The notes: generated by a model not told the origin, from the sequence alone. 64,000 nucleotides of DNA from an uncultured Nitrospiraceae bacterium (GCA_963811165.1 CAWEQH010000001.1:32001-96000); one strand, 5' to 3'; positions 1 through 10,544 are shown, counted from the first letter of the stretch. Translations and numbers: made by a program.

Positions 1-204
1 CATACACCCTCCTCGTAAATTTATTATGGAAATATGTACGTCTCGGATTTGTCGGAAATTTATTTAGCTATTATACCCGTTTCCCGGCAACATTACGAAC
101 AGTTGATGCGATGATCACATGCCGAAAAAAACTGCCGGATGTCCCGGCCGAGGGGGAAACTTCTTTTCGCAGTTTTCCCCGAAGCGAATGAAAGACCTGC
201 CCCT

Positions 205-1041
205 TCACTCTCCCTTATTGAAATACCGGTTCAGCACTGTTTCCAGATTACGGACAATACTGTCTTTGGAATTTATTATAAATATTCTCTCCCTTACCTG
301 GAAGAGCTCTTTTTCGATTCGCGTTACACCCGGCCGAACTGATTCTCGTTTCCTGAGTTCCTCTTCGAACATCGGGACTATCTTGTCCTTCATCCGGAGC
401 TCCGTGTCCATAAAAAACACAGAAATCTGGGGCGCCAGGTCCGATACCCTGTCAAGGAAGGCCGCTATTTCGCTGTCATATATCTGCTTCGGAGGTGAAG
501 ACTTCACCTCCGCATACAATAACGCGGACCCGTCAAGCCTGGCGATCACATCATAATCGCCGCCGATATTGGGTCTTTTGAACTTTACTCCCCAGATGGC
601 CTCCGCCCCGAATTCCCTCTTAAAGACCTCTGCAACAAACCATTCGAGCGTCTCTCCGAAACTCTTAATGCGCCGGACGAGGGCAAATCCCGCATCAAGC
701 TTTTTTGCGAGGCAGAGCTGCAGGAGATATTCGATATATTCTCCGGTGACTCCGGCGGTGGCAAATCTTGCGACCTTTTCAGGGGTAAAAAAGGCCTGCT
801 GTTTTATCACGTCGCGAAGAAAAAGACGGAAGGAATACCTGTGAAGCATCCGGTAATAATCGTCAAGAAACTTCTCCGCCGGGACCAAAAGGTCGTCGCC
901 GGGCTCCTTCTTATACACAGGGAATCCGCGTCTTTTCAGGATAAGATCCAGCTTCGGGGTATGAACGTTCAGGGAACGTCTGAGGCGTTTGACCTCATTT
1001 CTAAGGTAGGAGAGCTCGTCAAAGGTCCTGTCTTCAGGCAT
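205..1041 (-). CDS. Hypothetical protein with C-terminal PD-(D/E)XK nuclease-like motif
   Basis: 278-aa ORF; GGDYDVIA...YAEVKSS resembles the D...ExK motif of the restriction-endonuclease fold. Confidence 0.6.
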   Translation of the reverse strand: MPEDRTFDELSYLRNEVKRLRRSLNVHTPKLDLILKRRGFPVYKKEPGDDLLVPAEKFLDDYYRMLHRYSFRLFLRDVIKQQAFFTPEKVARFATAGVTGEYIEYLLQLCLAKKLDAGFALVRRIKSFGETLEWFVAEVFKREFGAEAIWGVKFKRPNIGGDYDVIARLDGSALLYAEVKSSPPKQIYDSEIAAFLDRVSDLAPQISVFFMDTELRMKDKIVPMFEEELRKRESVRPGVTRIEKELFQVRERIFIINSKDSIVRNLETVLNRYFNKGE

Positions 1042-1092
1042 AATTCATACTGCTCCACCGGGCGTCGGGAATGGAAAAGGCGCTTCGTGTTA

Positions 1093-1503
1093 CTACGTGC
1101 TTTTTTTATCTCCTATGAATTTAAGGGCTACCCTCCTGTGCCGGGGGCCGTCAAACTCGCAGAAAAAAATCGCCTGCCATGTTCCGAGGACCAACCTCCC
1201 CTCGTCGACAAGAACATTTTCCGAAATACCTATAAGGGACGCCTTGATGTGGGCGGAGGAATTTCCTTCCCTGTGGTGGTAATCCCCTTCAAAAGGGACC
1301 AATCTGTTCAAAAGCGCCTGGATATCGCGCTGCACACTGGGATCGGCGCCCTCGTTTATCGTGACCGCAGCCGTAGTATGGGGGACATAGAGACAGCATA
1401 TTCCGCCGACCGCGCCCGCTTCATTTAAGACCTCCTGGACTTTTTCGGTAATGTCGATAAACTCAGTCCTTGCCCTGCTCTTGACGTTTATATACCTTAT
1501 CAC
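1093..1503 (-). CDS. yjbQ: YjbQ/UPF0047 family protein (secondary thiamine-phosphate synthase)
   Basis: Motifs HTTAAVTINE, HxEGNSxAHIK, LGTWQxIFFCEFDGPR. Confidence 0.92.
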   Translation of the reverse strand: MIRYINVKSRARTEFIDITEKVQEVLNEAGAVGGICCLYVPHTTAAVTINEGADPSVQRDIQALLNRLVPFEGDYHHREGNSSAHIKASLIGISENVLVDEGRLVLGTWQAIFFCEFDGPRHRRVALKFIGDKKST

Positions 1504-1530
1504 CGCTATCCTCCCGGGACAGACATTTGT

Positions 1531-2553
1531 CTATGGGCCGAACACCTTATTGAAAAAGCCTTCGTCCACGTCAAACACAACCTTTACCACCGCAATATTG
1601 CCGGGCAAATCAAGATTTCTGGCTTTTATTATATCCTTTTCCGTGGCAACAATCCACCCGGCCCCAGACTGCTGAGCTTCTGTTTTTATTCTGGACATGT
1701 CCTCCCGGGTATACTGATAATGGTCTCTGTAAGCGCGGAACCCTCGTATCTCGGCTCCTAACTCTCGCAGGGTCCTTCGAAACGCATCCGGTGAAGCGAG
1801 TGCGCAAAAGCCGAAGACCTTCTTCCCCGAAAGCCAGCCGGCCGGCTCTTCCTGACCTGAGCGGAGAGTGCATGACAAGGGAGTATGCCCTGCAAGAAAA
1901 AGGGCAGATCCCTGGTTATAATGCCTTACTACATTTATCACGTCATCTTCTTTGCCGCCTTTTTTTCCAATGTCTCCTCCGACCCTCGTCAACACGATAA
2001 TGTCTGCCCGCTTAAGAGACTTGATCGGCTCCCTCAGCCTCCCAAAAGGAAGAAGCATCCCGTTTCCGAAAGGGTTTCCCGCATCGATAAGGACAATATC
2101 CTTATCCCGGTAAAGGCCCCGATGCTGAAAACCGTCATCGAGGATAAAGAGATGGGTCTTTCGTTCCGGATCACCGATATGGAGTTCCCGAAGGGCAAAC
2201 ATGCCTGCCTCGAACCTATTGCTTCCCTTTACAATAGGTACCCCTTTTAGTCTCTCGGCCATGAGCACCGGTTCGTCCCCGGCATCTTTTACGGAAAGCA
2301 GCGGCCCTTCCCCCCTCGTCACTAAACAGGGACCTTTTGCCCTGCCCTTGTATCCGCGAGTTAGAATGACCGGCTTCATGCCCCTTTTTTGGGCCTCCTC
2401 TGCGACTGCGATCGTTGCAGGCGTTTTACCGGTCCCGCCGACAGTTATGTTGCCTATGCTGATCACCCTGCACGGCAGACGTTTTTGATGCGCCAGGGAA
2501 TAGCGCTGCTTAGCGGAAAAACCGAGATAATATAGGAATTCAAGAAGGTGCAT
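1531..2553 (-). CDS. lpxK: Tetraacyldisaccharide 4'-kinase
   Basis: ISIGNITVGGTGKTP, RGYKG, GDEP, ILDDGFQH, LLPFGRLRE, TEKD motifs. Confidence 0.96.
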   Translation of the reverse strand: MHLLEFLYYLGFSAKQRYSLAHQKRLPCRVISIGNITVGGTGKTPATIAVAEEAQKRGMKPVILTRGYKGRAKGPCLVTRGEGPLLSVKDAGDEPVLMAERLKGVPIVKGSNRFEAGMFALRELHIGDPERKTHLFILDDGFQHRGLYRDKDIVLIDAGNPFGNGMLLPFGRLREPIKSLKRADIIVLTRVGGDIGKKGGKEDDVINVVRHYNQGSALFLAGHTPLSCTLRSGQEEPAGWLSGKKVFGFCALASPDAFRRTLRELGAEIRGFRAYRDHYQYTREDMSRIKTEAQQSGAGWIVATEKDIIKARNLDLPGNIAVVKVVFDVDEGFFNKVFGP

Positions 2554-2596
2554 ATTTAGTCGGGAAGTTTCCCTGTCTGGCGGAGAGATGAACTTG

Positions 2597-2917
2597 TCAT
2601 AGAAACTCGATATGGTTCCTCATGTCTTTATTGGTCAAAACATTGACAATCAGTTCTACCCCTCTTATGCATTGCCCAATTGAAACATTTTTCGAGTGCG
2701 AAAATATTATCCCGCTGTGGTCAAATCTGTCGGCCATTATCAGAAAATCGTTATCGTGGGTTAATATTACGGCTTTCATCTCCGATGCCTTTCTGACATG
2801 AAATTCATCAGGCTTGCCATAAAGCCCAAGTTCGCCGGCAGATATTACTTCTATGCCTCGTCTGCGCAACCCCTCAATAACGGAACGCTCTATATTCTCA
2901 TCTGCATAAATCTTCAT
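2597..2917 (-). CDS. DUF5615 PIN-like toxin (VapC45/Mut7-C-like)
   Basis: MKIYADENI...ILTHDNDF...HSGII; start overlaps the stop of the upstream DUF433 gene. Confidence 0.85.
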   Translation of the reverse strand: MKIYADENIERSVIEGLRRRGIEVISAGELGLYGKPDEFHVRKASEMKAVILTHDNDFLIMADRFDHSGIIFSHSKNVSIGQCIRGVELIVNVLTNKDMRNHIEFL

Positions 2918-3225
2918 CCAAGCTTTGCTCTCAGCTTGGAAGGATATTTTTTCTTAAGCTGGGCGAGAATGGTCTGATCTTCCCGGTATTTTTTATCAAA
3001 CAAGGTCTTGTGCTCATAATAGTACGACAACGCATCGTGGACCTGTTCGAGTTTCAGGTGGGGGTATTCATCAACAATACTATCGGCGCTCATACCCATA
3101 AGCTCGTATCTGACTGCAATATCCAATACCTTTATGCGTGTGCCGCTGATCACAGGCTGCCCGCCTGCAATTTTTAGGTCCGTGGATATATATGGGTGTT
3201 TAGTCCTCTTAACTGCGACCGGCAT
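2914..3225 (-). CDS. DUF433 family antitoxin
   Basis: IAGGQPVISGTRIKV...IVDEYPHLKLEQVHDALSYYY, typical of DUF433. Confidence 0.9.
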   Translation of the reverse strand: MPVAVKRTKHPYISTDLKIAGGQPVISGTRIKVLDIAVRYELMGMSADSIVDEYPHLKLEQVHDALSYYYEHKTLFDKKYREDQTILAQLKKKYPSKLRAKLG

Positions 3226-3277
3226 ATAAGACCTCCTTTTATGACTTTATTTTAACTAAATACCTACCTAAAATCAT

Positions 3278-3404
3278 TTGCGTCCTTTCTTAATGTAGCC
3301 TGTCCCCCCATTTATTCCCTATACTATTCTATCCTAACAAAGCTTAATCATCCCAAAAATGTGCCTGTCCCTTTTTCTTTTAAAGTTTGGTGTCTGACCC
3401 CATA
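3278..3404. repeat. Cluster of short GCCTGTCCC / GTCTGACCCC-type motifs in AT-rich spacers
   Basis: AATGTAGCCTGTCCCCC (~3292), AATGTGCCTGTCCCTT (~3358), GGTGTCTGACCCC (~3389) and a weaker GCGTCCT copy (~3280). Confidence 0.45.
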
Positions 3405-3417
3405 AAATGACTTCCCC

Positions 3418-3456
3418 AGTAACGCCCCCCAACCCCCTCTTACGCTAAGAGGGGGG
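3418..3456 (-). repeat. Palindromic repeat family A, left flank of DUF559 gene
   Basis: CCCCCTCTTA-CGC-TAAGAGGGGG hairpin (3433-3455) preceded by a GTAACGCCCCCC tail. Confidence 0.85.
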
Positions 3457-3807
3457 CATCTTAACTGCCATCCTGGCTATAACGTCGTCTGTATTGCTAA
3501 GCACTTCATGATTCCAGAACCGCAATATTTCGATCCCCAAGGCTTCCAGATAGTCTGTACGGGCATCATCATATTCCCTATTTTCATCGCAGGCATGCTG
3601 TCCGCCGTCCAATTCTACTGCGAGTTTCATTTGCGGACAGTAGAAGTCAAGTATATAAGGACCGGCGCTGTACTGGCGATAGAATTTCTTTCCGTAAAAT
3701 TGTTTGTTCCGTAAATGCAGCCACAGAGCCTTTTCAGCCTCTGTCTGATTACGTCTCAATTCCTTTCTCCGTTGTTTTTGCAACGGATCGTTCAATGTGA
3801 ATTTCAT
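3445..3807 (-). CDS. DUF559 (Vsr-like) endonuclease domain protein
   Basis: RRKELRRNQTEAEKALW...KFYRQY...YILDFYCP...VELDGGQH...D..RT.YL...G..ILRFWN. Confidence 0.92.
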   Translation of the reverse strand: MKFTLNDPLQKQRRKELRRNQTEAEKALWLHLRNKQFYGKKFYRQYSAGPYILDFYCPQMKLAVELDGGQHACDENREYDDARTDYLEALGIEILRFWNHEVLSNTDDVIARMAVKMPPS

Positions 3808-3831
3808 TCTATTTGCAGTAGGCCCTCACAA

Positions 3832-3868
3832 CCCCCTCTTAGGTTAAGAGGGGGGAAGGGGGAGTTAT
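3832..3868 (+). repeat. Palindromic repeat family A, right flank of DUF559 gene
   Basis: CCCCCTCTTA-GGT-TAAGAGGGGG hairpin followed by a GGAAGGGGGAGTTA tail; inverted relative to the 3418-3456 copy. Confidence 0.85.
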
Positions 3869-3878
3869 TTTATCAATT

Positions 3879-6800
3879 TCATCCGCCCTCAATAATTACC
3901 CTCTCCTCCTCCGTCATCCCATAAAGCCCATAAACAATCTCATCTATCTTCTCATCCGTAATTGTAATCTCCCGCTCAATCTTTTCACGCTCTGCCGAGG
4001 GAGGAAGGGCATTTTTCTTTTTGTGAAGTTCGAGCATGCTGTCGACGAGAGAGACGAGTTTGTCGTGGGCAGCTTTTTCCGAGGGGTTCTTGATGTCGAT
4101 GGTGCGGATAGGAAGTTTTTCTATAAATTGCGTCCAGAAACGGACGTAGCCACCACGAAGCAACGTTCCGATGGAAAGCAGATACTTAAACAACAGCGAA
4201 GAGTTAAGAAGCCCAAGAACATAGCGAGGCGAAAGAGCTACGTCTTCCAAAATAATTCCGTAACCGGTCTTATAAAAGTGACCACTAATGTCGAGTGTAA
4301 AAGAGGCCACATTATTGTAATCCGGCACGATGATTTTCTGCCTCTGAAATAGTGTCATGCTCTTCGGATAACCAAAGGCGTACCAATTCGGACCCTTAAA
4401 TCTTCCTTTTTCGCGTGCAATTAGAGCTGATCTGTTTTCTTTTAGAAAGGCAAAAGCCAAAGGGAACTTGGTGTCCATCTCCGTAGTGGTCAGAAGTCGA
4501 AAACTGTTGTCCAAGTATCTCGTACGGGCAAATCAGATACGAGTTTGTTTCCGGCTCATCGAATCTGCGGATCTGTTTCCCACGCAGAAATGGTCTGGCA
4601 ATGCCAGCTTCCATACTTACTTGAGTACTCTAATGATTTTGACATGCCTGTAATGGTTGTTCCAGTAATTTTGCATTCGTCTAAAACAAAAACCTCAACT
4701 GCGCTTGTCTGAGTACCCACAAAGATATGAGCAATATTGAACCAAGCTTTACAGGCATCTTAGCCAAGCGTTTAAACATACCAGAGAGGAACCGGCATCA
4801 ATGTTCCATCTGCGGCGTTAATGTCGTAATAAGCGATAGTTGCCCGTCCATAGCTTGGCTCCTTTCGTGCGCCATGCATTGAAGTAACGTCAACCTTCCT
4901 AAAATCACCTGTTTGCGCGGCGCTTTATTCAAAAGAGAAGACACGTATAAGTTTTACCCCGTCGAAATATTTCTTGACAACCGAAATGGATCTATCTCAG
5001 AGAGAATTTGCCCTTAGAAATAATACCTCTGAGTGGTTCCCCAATTTCACTGGGATTGAAAGAACTTATGCGGTAAGATAAAACCTAGACGGCCTTTTAC
5101 ATTCAGAAAGACTCAATCCTTTTCGACAAAAATACATAAATATCATAGTTACCTTTACCGGCAGAGGTCATAGTGTTTCTAATAGAATTCAACTTCAACA
5201 GGCACCCATTCCTTCATATGCTGAAATCCAGCCATACGGCGGATTGCCAATCACGACATCGAACCCGCCGTTCGCCATAATCTCGCCAAAGCCGGTAGAC
5301 TTTGAATTCCAGTCAAAGGGTTGATGCTGCTTTTTGTATCATCATCGAACAATTGCCCGTCCAAAATATCATATCTAATAAGGCTGTTGCCGCATTTCAC
5401 GTTATCGCCCAGCGACGGCAAAAGGTGCTGCTTCTTCGGAAGCATTCCCCGCTCGCCTTCCAATGCCTTCAGATAAAGGCTCATCATTGTGATCTCGACA
5501 GCCTGGGGGTCGATATCCACACCGAAGATGTTATTTCTGAGGATCTTTGCCTTCTCGTGTAGCGGAAGACTTAACTCCTCAGGGGAAATCTTCCAGTAAG
5601 GGAATAAATGCAGCGTCTGCGCCTCTTTCTGATGTTCGCGATAATACTTGAGGTGATAATCGATGAGAAACTGATATGCGCCAAGAAGGAACGAGCCTGA
5701 CCCACAGGCAGGATCGAGTATCTTTATCTTTTCGATCTGCTTAGGTGTCTTGCCTTCGATGATCTTGCCGACGGTATTTTTGACGATGTATTCGACGATA
5801 TATTTAGGCGTATAATAGACGCCGCCTGCCTTTCTGACTTCCGGCTTCTCCTCGACCTTTACACGCTGAGGCGTGACGCGTATCGTGCTTCCTAAGTATC
5901 TCTCATATATGCTTCCAAGGAGTTCAACACCAATTGCGTCAAACCGATATCTGCTCTTGGGGAAATAGAGGTTCTCAATAATCTCCGCAAGCAGGCCGGA
6001 ATCCACCTCTGCTTTTTCGCAGGCATGGGGCTTAAAAATATCTCCGTTCAGGTCGTCGTTGATGTCATGGAAAAGGTCTACGAGATGAATCATGATGGAT
6101 TTACGTTTGCCTTCTTCTTTCCATTGGGCGACGATCTCCCACAATTCCCTGTCGGGCCTGATCCTTCTGTCTTCGGCGATGCGGATAAAGATGATCCTGT
6201 CAAGGAGCCTCTGGACAACGTCGTTCAAAAGCTTCACATCGAATTCAGGGTTCCGTTTATGGATGTCTTTAGCAAGTTCTGTCCGCCACAATGTAAGGTC
6301 TTCGAGAAACGACTTGTCAGGAGGGATCCTGAGCCTTTTGCTCTTTATGTCTTTCGGAAGAAGCGCCTCCAGGGAACCCTGCTCAACTCTTTCCTTCGAC
6401 AGTTCCCAAAGTTTTTCGGCATTGTCCAGATAGGTCGGATATTTGAAATCAAAGATCAGCCCTTCGTTCGGGTGGCGAGGGATCGGGCTTTAATGACGCG
6501 TCAAAGAGTTTGAATTCCTCAAAGTCGGTAAGCACCACAAAGTAGACCTCTTTGGTCGACCATGCGTAGCTTTTCGCCTGAAGGATATGGTTAATATCGT
6601 CGAGGGCTACGGAAGGCGCTTTCGCTTCGATAAAGAACTTTGTTGCGCCGCTTATCCTGAAATTATAATCGGGCCTGCCGCTTGTTTCCGGCGAAAGCTC
6701 GACAATTACATCCCTTTCATGGGGCGGCTTCTGTGCCTTGTTCTCTATGTCCCAGCCGAGCGCTTCAAAGAGCGGATTAAGAAAATCGATCCTAACTTGG

Positions 6801-6898
6801 GCCTCGGGATATCCTTTTGAGAGATAGTGGTGCTTGTCCTTCTCGAACTTGGAGACCAGGACCTGAAGTTTTTCTCTGAATGCATCAATGCCGCTCAT
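3879..6898 (-). CDS. Type IIG (Eco57I-like) fused restriction endonuclease / N6-adenine methyltransferase with TaqI-C-like target recognition domain; broken by several frameshifts
   Basis: Fragments 6449-6898 (RPDY...FIEAK nuclease), 5251-6291 (GGVYYTP, LDPACGSGSFL, GVDID), GFDVVIGNPPY at ~5235-5268 in another frame, and 3879-4514 (LGLLNS...QFIEKLPI...IDEIVYGLYG). Confidence 0.88.
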
Positions 6899-6995
6899 AT
6901 ATCTTCATCCCCTCAGAATTGTGGAGAGTTTGGGAGGCTTCTGTCAAGAAGAAATTCAAATCTTCCCAGCCCCTATTCCGGGATCACCATAATTG

Positions 6996-7051
6996 CCCCT
7001 CCCCCGGCTTCCTATCTTAAGAGGGGGGAACGAAGGCCGGGGGCGTTACTG
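6996..7051 (+). repeat. Degenerate palindromic repeat family A copy at the waaA-side edge of the insert
   Basis: ...TAAGAGGGGGGAACGAAGGCCGGGGGCGTTAC has the same hairpin half and GGGGG-GTTAC tail. Confidence 0.55.
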
Positions 7052-7074
7052 AGAAAAGGGAAAAAGAATATCCC

Positions 7075-8308
7075 TTACCCAAGATATTTCCGTATTATCT
7101 CCATCGCCCGGTCGACCGCTCCGGAGTTCCTTAGGAACAGCTCTCTTGCCTTTTGGCCTGCTGCTTTCGCCTTGTCAGGTGTAAGCAGCAATTCCTTTAT
7201 CTTTTGCGGAAGGGCTGCTGCTTCGACCTCGAAGGCAGCGCCTTCCCGGTAGAAGTCTTTTATAAAGGGGAAATTCTCCATATGAGGGCCGCAGACAATA
7301 GGTTTCGCCCAAAAAGCCGGTTCAAGGGGGTTCTGGCCCCCCGCCTCTTCAAAGCTTTTTCCGATAATTGCGATATCCGAAGCGCCATACACGGAAGACA
7401 GCTCACCGACCGTGTCAAGAAGCACGACACATGAGGCCGGCTGATTGAGACCGCTGATTTCAGTCCGCTTCACGATAGGGGATCCCGCTTTTTTTAAGAA
7501 TGCCCGCCACTTCCTCGAACCTTCTGGGGTGCCTGGGCGCCAGTATCAATTTCAGCTCAGGAAAAATCTTTCTGTTTTCTGCGAAGGCGGCCAGGATGAG
7601 TTCTTCCTCTCCTTTGTGGGTGCTCCCTGCAACGATGACAGGCCCGCCGACGGCCTTGGCCCATGCGGGTATCTTCTCCGCCACATCGATGTCGAACTTG
7701 AAATTCCCCAGCACGGAGATCTTCGACTCCTCTGCCCCGATCGAGCGTATTCTGTCTGCATCGACCTGCCCTTGCATACCAAATACGCTGACATAAGAAA
7801 AGACCTTTTTCATAAAAAATGATATCTTTTTGTACCCTCTGGCGGACCTCTCCGATATCCTGCCGTTAAGGACCAACACAGGAACTGCGTTTCGGGCCAG
7901 CGCCCTGAAAATATTAGGCCAGAGCTCGGTCTCCATAACCAGGAATGCCCGGGGCTTTGTCCTTTTGAGACAGCGGTCCAGTATATAATTCAGATCAAAG
8001 GGGAGATATACCACAGTTGTCCCTTCGGGCGCCTTTTCGAAAGCGACCTTCTGCCCGGTATCCGTAATCGTCGAAAGTATCAGGGGTAATTGCGGATATT
8101 CCGCCCTTAATTTCTTAAGAAGCCGGATAGAGGCCCCGACCTCCCCCACGGAAACGGCATGGACCCAGATGGAGGAATCACGCTCCGGTACATACCCGAA
8201 CTTTTCCCTCAGCCACTTTCGTCTTAATTCCTTCGGCCTTCCGAGATATTCGGGGACGAATAAAATCAAAACCGTAACTGCGTAAAGCAGACTATACACG
8301 AGGAACAT
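7075..8308 (-). CDS. waaA: 3-deoxy-D-manno-octulosonic acid (Kdo) transferase; +1 frameshift in a C run near 7480
   Basis: WVHAVSVGE, ETELWPN, NGRIS, GNFKFD, AGSTH.GEE, APRHP in 7460-8308; LDTVGEL...GGQNPLEPA..GPHMENF in 7075-7473. Confidence 0.95.
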
Positions 8309-8320
8309 GTCAGACCGTAC

Positions 8321-9460
8321 TTATTTCCATCCTGCCATCCGGATTGCGATATCCGCCACCCTATCGGAGGCATTCTTGCCCGAAAACATTTTTCTGACTG
8401 CGCCGAAGGTCTCGACCATTTTTTCTCTGTACGCACCGTCGGCCGTTATCCTCCTAAGCTCATGTATGATATTTTCCGGGGAGGCATCAGCCTGCAGAAG
8501 CTCTTTGACGACCTCACGTCCGGAGAGAATATTCACAAGGGAAATATGTTTCACTTTCAAGATCATCTTTCCCAGCCAGTAAGTCAAAGGGAAGAGCTTA
8601 TACATCACCACAAAAGGGATACCAAGCAGCACAGCCTGCAACGTTGCGGTCCCGGAAGCGATCACCGCCATGTCGGATGCCGCCAGCACCTTCAATGATT
8701 CCCCCTTATTGATAACGACGCCTTCCCCTCTCAGCTCATCTATCACCTTGCCGTATGCAGCGGAATCCGTGTTGGGCGCCAGGGGGATACAAAACTGAAA
8801 AGACCCAAATTCTTTCTTGGACCTTCTTACCACCTCAAGTGTCAAGGGCAAAAGCCTTTCGAGTTCGTGCGGCCTGCTGCCCGGCAGCAACGCAAGCAGG
8901 GGGCGTTCTCTCTGCAGCCCAAGGGCGTCCTTCAGCTCATCCTTATCGGTCCTCATCCCCTGTATCTCGTCAAAGGCCGGGTGACCTACAAATTCACATT
9001 CGACTCCGGCGTCTTTGTATATCTCCTCTTCGAAGGGAAGTATTACCGCCATCTTATCGACGAGCCGGGCTATTTTTTTTATCCTGTTTCTTCTCCACGC
9101 CCAGACCTGCGGGCTCACATAGTAGAGGACCTTTATTTTTTCTCTTTTTGCCAGCGACGCGAGCTTCAGATTAAAATCGGGATAGTCTATCAGCACAAGC
9201 ACACCCGGACGCTCTTTAATGAGGGTTTGTGAGGCGCTGGCGAGGGTCCTTCGTATCGCCCGCAATGAGGAAACGGCCTCGGCGATCCCAAACGCGCTCG
9301 CAATCCCCGAAACGAGTTCGACCCCCGCCTCCTTCATCTTTTCACCGCCGATACCGAGTATCCTGATCCCCGGGACCCTGTTCCTCAGCGAAACCGCAAG
9401 CAGCGAGCCGTATAACTCGCCGGATGTCTCACCGGTCACAATCATGACAGTCTCAGGCAT
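8321..9460 (-). CDS. lpxB: Lipid-A-disaccharide synthase
   Basis: GETSG, IDYPDFN, YYVSPQVWAWR, ILPFE, FVGHP, LLPGSR, SGTATL. Confidence 0.97.
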   Translation of the reverse strand: MPETVMIVTGETSGELYGSLLAVSLRNRVPGIRILGIGGEKMKEAGVELVSGIASAFGIAEAVSSLRAIRRTLASASQTLIKERPGVLVLIDYPDFNLKLASLAKREKIKVLYYVSPQVWAWRRNRIKKIARLVDKMAVILPFEEEIYKDAGVECEFVGHPAFDEIQGMRTDKDELKDALGLQRERPLLALLPGSRPHELERLLPLTLEVVRRSKKEFGSFQFCIPLAPNTDSAAYGKVIDELRGEGVVINKGESLKVLAASDMAVIASGTATLQAVLLGIPFVVMYKLFPLTYWLGKMILKVKHISLVNILSGREVVKELLQADASPENIIHELRRITADGAYREKMVETFGAVRKMFSGKNASDRVADIAIRMAGWK

Positions 9461-10544
9461 TATTTATGATGTCGGCAATCCTTGCGATCGACGCTTCTTC
9501 CAGTTCCGGATACATGGGAAGGGAGAGGACCTTTTCAGAAGTCTCCTCCGCAACGGGAAAGTCCCCTTTCTTATATCCCAGGAAATTCACCGCCTCCTGC
9601 ATATGCAGCGGGGTAGGGTAATAAACAACTGACGAGATATTGCCTTCGCGAAGACGTTTCTGTATTTCATCTCTCTTGCCGCTTCTGATGGTGTACTGAT
9701 GATACACATGGGTGCAGCCCGGTCTTTCCACCGGACGTTCCACCCTGTCTGAGAGAAGTTCTCCATAAAGAGCGGCCTTCTGTCTCCTTCTCCTATTATA
9801 TTCTTCTATCCGCTTCATCTTGACCAAAAGCACCCCGGCCTGGATCTCATCGAGCCTGCTGTTAAATCCGACCGACTCATGCTTATAAGAGCCTCTTGAT
9901 CCGTGGTTTCGGAGCTTCCGTATATCACCGGCCACAGAGGGATCGTTCAAAAGCACCATACCCCCGTCTCCGAAGGCGCCGAGGTTTTTGGAGGGATAAA
10001 AGCTGAAGCATCCGGCGTCTCCGAGACTGCCGGTCTTCCTTCCGTGTATCGAGGCGCCGAATGACTGGGCGCAGTCTTCGATTATTTTCAACTTGTGCTT
10101 CTTCGCAACCGCAGCGATTTTTTCCATCTCCGCCGGATGTCCGAAGATATGGACGGGAAGGACCGCCTTTGTCCGCTTCGTAATCGCCGGTTCGATTTTT
10201 TCCGGATCGATGTTCATGGTCTCACGCTCGATGTCTACGAACACCGGGGTCGCGCCGGTATAGAGGATCGCCTCGGCCGTCGCAAAAAAAGTAAACGGGG
10301 TAGTGATCACTTCATCGCCTTCCCCAATGCCCAGGGCCTCTATCGAAAGATGGAGCGCGTCCGTTCCCGAAGCCACGCCTACCGCCTCGGTCACTCCGTG
10401 ATAGCGTGCGATCTGTTTCTCAAGTTCGAGGACCTTTGGGCCCAGAATATACTGCGAGCTTTCGAGTATCTCAGTAAGCATCACGAACAGTTCATCCTTT
10501 ATGTCGCTAAACTGCTTTTTAAGGTCTACCATCGGAACGATCAT
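9453..10544 (-). CDS. gnnB: DegT/DnrJ/EryC1/StrS PLP aminotransferase, probable GnnB
   Basis: SGTDAL, IEDCAQS, FSFYPSKNLGAFGDGG, NSRLDEIQA; lies between an oxidoreductase and lpxB. Confidence 0.8.
   Translation of the reverse strand: MIVPMVDLKKQFSDIKDELFVMLTEILESSQYILGPKVLELEKQIARYHGVTEAVGVASGTDALHLSIEALGIGEGDEVITTPFTFFATAEAILYTGATPVFVDIERETMNIDPEKIEPAITKRTKAVLPVHIFGHPAEMEKIAAVAKKHKLKIIEDCAQSFGASIHGRKTGSLGDAGCFSFYPSKNLGAFGDGGMVLLNDPSVAGDIRKLRNHGSRGSYKHESVGFNSRLDEIQAGVLLVKMKRIEEYNRRRRQKAALYGELLSDRVERPVERPGCTHVYHQYTIRSGKRDEIQKRLREGNISSVVYYPTPLHMQEAVNFLGYKKGDFPVAEETSEKVLSLPMYPELEEASIARIADIINNA

Noticed and set aside
3278..3460. CRISPR array
   Set aside because: Repeats are too short, non-identical and irregularly spaced, and there are no cas genes in the window
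7460..7485. waaA as a pseudogene or phase-variable gene
   Set aside because: One extra base in a short C run of a normally essential gene; similar single indels elsewhere point to assembly error
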